Shown here piece by piece: positions 55,691 to 58,664 of a DNA stretch of 58,664 nucleotides (positions are counted from its first letter, which is position 1; every line of letters starts with the position of its first letter). The stretch is from a virus (taxonomy: Duplodnaviria; Caudoviricetes), in the IMG/VR virus record IMGVR_UViG_3300049725_000037, positions 1-58,664 of that record, one strand, 5' to 3'. The position numbers and the translations under genes were made by a program. The notes below the pieces were generated by a model. It saw nothing but the letters and a program-made list of their open reading frames with translations, was not told where the DNA came from and did not search any database.

Positions 55691-57455
55691 ACACGATCGC
55701 CACGACGCGCAAGGTCAGCCATCGGCCGGCGAGTTCAAGGGCCAGGATCGTCTCGTTATCCTCGTAGACCTTGCCGTACCACTGCGCGAACCGGGCTGTC
55801 TCGCTTTCCCCAACCAGGCCGACATAGGCGGCGCTGTTCCGGTGCCACTGGAGCCTCACCTGGCAGAACTCCTTCCAGACGGATGGGTCGCCGAAATCCT
55901 CGTTCTGGATCTCAAACACCGCTATCGTGGCGTTCTTAAAGAACGCATTCGGCCCGACGTCCGCCGTCGCGAAGTCCGCCCATGGCGTTGCGATCGAGAC
56001 CGTGCTGCCGTTGAGCACCTGTTTCAGGGCCGGGACGCAGCCCGATGAAATGCCGTCCGCCAGTGCCGCATACGGCAGGCCGGCATCCGGAGTCGGCGCC
56101 GTCGTCTTCTGGTCGTAGTCCGCCCCGAGGCTCGCGCCCGGAGCAGGCCAGTCGCTGATGTCCTGGGAGCCGACCTTATAGAGGTTGGAGAAGAGAAACA
56201 CGCCGTCCCGGGTTATCCCGGTGACCGTGCATCCAGGCAGTTCTTCGAGCTCAATCTTCGCGACTGAGAGGAAGTCAGGATACAGGATGGGGCCAACCGG
56301 GCCGAACGCCTGACCGCAATAACACCAAAGGGCCATGCGGGACGATGCAGCTAGCGGAGCAACGATCCAGAAGCGGTCATTCTTCTCGTCGTAGATGGTC
56401 GCGTAATCATCGCCGGACATCGGCTTGACCATGTCCCGATTCCAGTCTTCCGACCCGTGCGCGGTGATGATCTCCTCGTCGCGCGGCGCCTCCCTGTGGT
56501 GCCCCGGTGCCATCAGCGGCTTGTAGATCTCAAGGTCGCGGCCGAGGTAGTACGGCGCCAGCCGGGCTGTGCCCTGCACGCAGTTCTGGTTGATCGCCCC
56601 GGCGTTCACGATCAGAGCGAGCTGGCTGGCGCGCCAGCCGACCGTCGAGCCGTCGAGCCCCATGCCCGTCATCAGCACCGCGCCGCCGTAATCGAGGTGC
56701 GCCAGGAGGCCAACGCGGGTTACAGACAGGGCTGTGACCGCGGTGCCTTCCTTCATCGTCACGTCGCGGTAATTCTCTGCCGTTCGCAACCCCTCGTTGT
56801 AGGGATACGTCACGCTTGGCGGATCCGACCGCCAGACGCGAAGAGGATAGGTCACGTTGCCGGCGCTGAACACAACGCCTTGGTTATCGACAACGAACGC
56901 TTTGCAGGGCGGGAACTGGAATTGGGATGGATCGTCCGGTTCCGCGGGCGTTGACGCCGGGCCCAGGACGAACAGCGCACCCGATTTCCAAATCAGATTG
57001 CTGTCGGTGCCGTTGCCGAGCCAGAGGCTGTTGCCGACCCAGTTGCCGAACCAGCGCAGGCCCGCGGTCTTCCCTCGATACACCGTCGTATTGGGCGCCG
57101 TGATTGTGACGCTTCCCGTCCCCGAAAGGCTGGGATCTCCGGTCCCGCCGACATGCCAATGCCCGACGCTGCGGCCGGCGGTGTTGTCCCACGCCACGAG
57201 GAACGTGTGCCCGCCATTGGCGACGGTGACGAAATGCACACCGACGCCGGCGGCGCAACCGGAGGAAAGCGCGGCGGTGATTTGCGCACCGAGGTTCGAA
57301 AGGCCCCATGCTGTGCCCCACTTCGGGCCATTAGAGAGGGCTCCTATCGGCGAGGGGAGCAGCCCGAAGCACCGCTGCAGGGTGCCGCGGTTCTGATCGC
57401 TCGCCTCAATCTTGGTCTCGATGGCACTGAACCGGCGGATGGTGAATGTTTTCAC
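55626..57455 (-). CDS. Probable tail nozzle/stabilisation protein
   Basis: 609 aa, beta-rich; last gene of the late arm; assignment from size and position. Confidence 0.55.
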   Translation of the reverse strand: MKTFTIRRFSAIETKIEASDQNRGTLQRCFGLLPSPIGALSNGPKWGTAWGLSNLGAQITAALSSGCAAGVGVHFVTVANGGHTFLVAWDNTAGRSVGHWHVGGTGDPSLSGTGSVTITAPNTTVYRGKTAGLRWFGNWVGNSLWLGNGTDSNLIWKSGALFVLGPASTPAEPDDPSQFQFPPCKAFVVDNQGVVFSAGNVTYPLRVWRSDPPSVTYPYNEGLRTAENYRDVTMKEGTAVTALSVTRVGLLAHLDYGGAVLMTGMGLDGSTVGWRASQLALIVNAGAINQNCVQGTARLAPYYLGRDLEIYKPLMAPGHHREAPRDEEIITAHGSEDWNRDMVKPMSGDDYATIYDEKNDRFWIVAPLAASSRMALWCYCGQAFGPVGPILYPDFLSVAKIELEELPGCTVTGITRDGVFLFSNLYKVGSQDISDWPAPGASLGADYDQKTTAPTPDAGLPYAALADGISSGCVPALKQVLNGSTVSIATPWADFATADVGPNAFFKNATIAVFEIQNEDFGDPSVWKEFCQVRLQWHRNSAAYVGLVGESETARFAQWYGKVYEDNETILALELAGRWLTLRVVAIVFNGSPAMLTGMSIDWLPGAPA

Positions 57456-57476
57456 GGCGGGGCCTTTCTACTCACG

Positions 57477-57806
57477 TCAACCCGGCCAACGCGAGCCTTT
57501 TGGGTGCGGACACTTTGAAGTCAGCAGGTAGGTTTTCAGTTGGGTGCAACCGCAGCCGGGCGCGTGGCATTCTCCGAGGTGCCAGTTGCCGGCCGGATCG
57601 AAATACTCACAGTGCCGGCAGATCGCCTGACGCAACTTGCGCAATGACCGCGGCGTCCGAGGCCTGCCAGCGGCATTCCAGATTTTCAGTTCCTGCCTCA
57701 GCCGTGTGAACTTCGTTGGCAGGCTGGCATGCTCAAGCGCCGGCTGGCCGGGCGACCCAGTCGGCGCCGGATTGGTTACCACGTTCCATTTCTTGTGAAC
57801 GATCAT
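57477..57806 (-). CDS. Cys-rich small protein
   Basis: RQAICRHCEYF...ECHAPGCGC...KCPHPK..W. Confidence 0.7.
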   Translation of the reverse strand: MIVHKKWNVVTNPAPTGSPGQPALEHASLPTKFTRLRQELKIWNAAGRPRTPRSLRKLRQAICRHCEYFDPAGNWHLGECHAPGCGCTQLKTYLLTSKCPHPKGSRWPG

Positions 57807-58664
57807 TCGTTAAGTGCGATTGTGCAGGAGACCGCCGCGGTTTCCCAACCACTATCAGTTGTGATGTCGTGCCACGTCGCCGGACCGATTGGCTGGGCGG
57901 TGAAGCTGATGTAGTCGATGCTGTAATCGACAAACGGATTGGCAGTGCCGGCGAGTCTCCGCTGGATCTTCACCGTGGCGACGTATGCTTTGTTAGCGAT
58001 CAGTCCCGATTCGTCGATCGCATACTCTGATGCACGGAATGAAAGGGTGAACACGCCTGCACCCCGCAACGTCTTGTACGCCGAGCAGTCGGCGGGGGAG
58101 ACTGGGGCGCACCGCGTCCATTTGGTGATCAATGCCTTGGCCCGCTCAACGGCCGCGTCTTCGGTATCCTCTTGTGTTAGAGTTTCAGTAAGCCCCCCAC
58201 TGACTTGGGCATACACTCCGCCGCCAACCGCCGTGCAACCACTTCCGCTGACGGTTCGCGTTATCGCAGTGAGTGTCGTAGTGACAAGGCCAGTGTAGTC
58301 GCTCTCGCTTGGCGCTCCCACCGCCGTCCCTCCTGTCGTGAGTGGATACGCGCCGAATTGTTCATCAAAGCGCGCGGAAGTATCCGTTGCGGACAACGAG
58401 CAGACGATTGGGGTTAGGGAGTATTGACCGTTGAAGCTCCAAACATCCCGGAAAGAATCCAGTGTGCCGGAAGTGAGGAATGGCGCGGTGGCATACCGCC
58501 ATCGATTCGAGTTGTGGCTGAAGAACCCATCGCCGCAATAGAACCTGTAAAGGGCGCCAACCCAATTTGTGGGGAAACCCGTGATCCAGCCGGAATCATA
58601 ATTGAAAGTTCCTGCGGCGCCTGGAGCCTCATTGATCACGTTTACTTCGGTCGTGCCATCGGCT
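57803..58664 (-). CDS. 3' part of the junction-spanning 439-aa probable tail protein
   Basis: Open from the window end to the stop at 57803; continues the frame starting at 619. Confidence 0.85.
   Translation of the reverse strand, partial: ADGTTEVNVINEAPGAAGTFNYDSGWITGFPTNWVGALYRFYCGDGFFSHNSNRWRYATAPFLTSGTLDSFRDVWSFNGQYSLTPIVCSLSATDTSARFDEQFGAYPLTTGGTAVGAPSESDYTGLVTTTLTAITRTVSGSGCTAVGGGVYAQVSGGLTETLTQEDTEDAAVERAKALITKWTRCAPVSPADCSAYKTLRGAGVFTLSFRASEYAIDESGLIANKAYVATVKIQRRLAGTANPFVDYSIDYISFTAQPIGPATWHDITTDSGWETAAVSCTIALNE
58504..58664. repeat. Terminal direct repeat / circular overlap, copy 2
   Basis: Matches 1-161 with one mismatch. Confidence 0.95.

Noticed and set aside
1-58664. Integrated prophage or alternative genetic code
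   Set aside because: No integrase, att-flanked host genes or fragmented core genes; the standard code gives dense, full-length ORFs

Overview
The window looks like a complete, circularly permuted tailed-phage genome of about 58.5 kb. Bases 1-161 recur at 58504-58664 with one mismatch, and one minus-strand gene reads through that junction. The minus-strand arm (about 37.7 kb down to 1, continuing 58.5-55.6 kb) is the virion module. It holds a glycosyltransferase/methyltransferase/GNAT cluster, large terminase, two giant probable ejection proteins flanking an ATP-grasp ligase and a small peptidase-like gene, portal, tail fibre, small membrane proteins, scaffold, N4-like major capsid and adaptor/tail genes, which suggests a podovirus-like build. 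The plus-strand arm (38.0-55.7 kb) is the early/replication module. It holds a RadC/JAB protein, RecT, a Tad1-like protein, a tandemly duplicated DUF6745-like gene pair, a Cas4-like nuclease, a RusA-like resolvase split over two frames, an SF2 helicase, a DnaB-N/AAA_25 helicase and a DHH phosphoesterase. I recognised no integrase, DNA polymerase or endolysin. The strongest oddities are a CAU tRNA-like cloverleaf and an overprinted 57-aa gene inside the 2449-aa gene, a beta-clamp-like domain in that protein, the PurD-like ligase/peptidase pair, the dual-frame RusA, and a twice-repeated covarying two-hairpin element in the early region. All family names come from motif recognition by eye; no database search was run.
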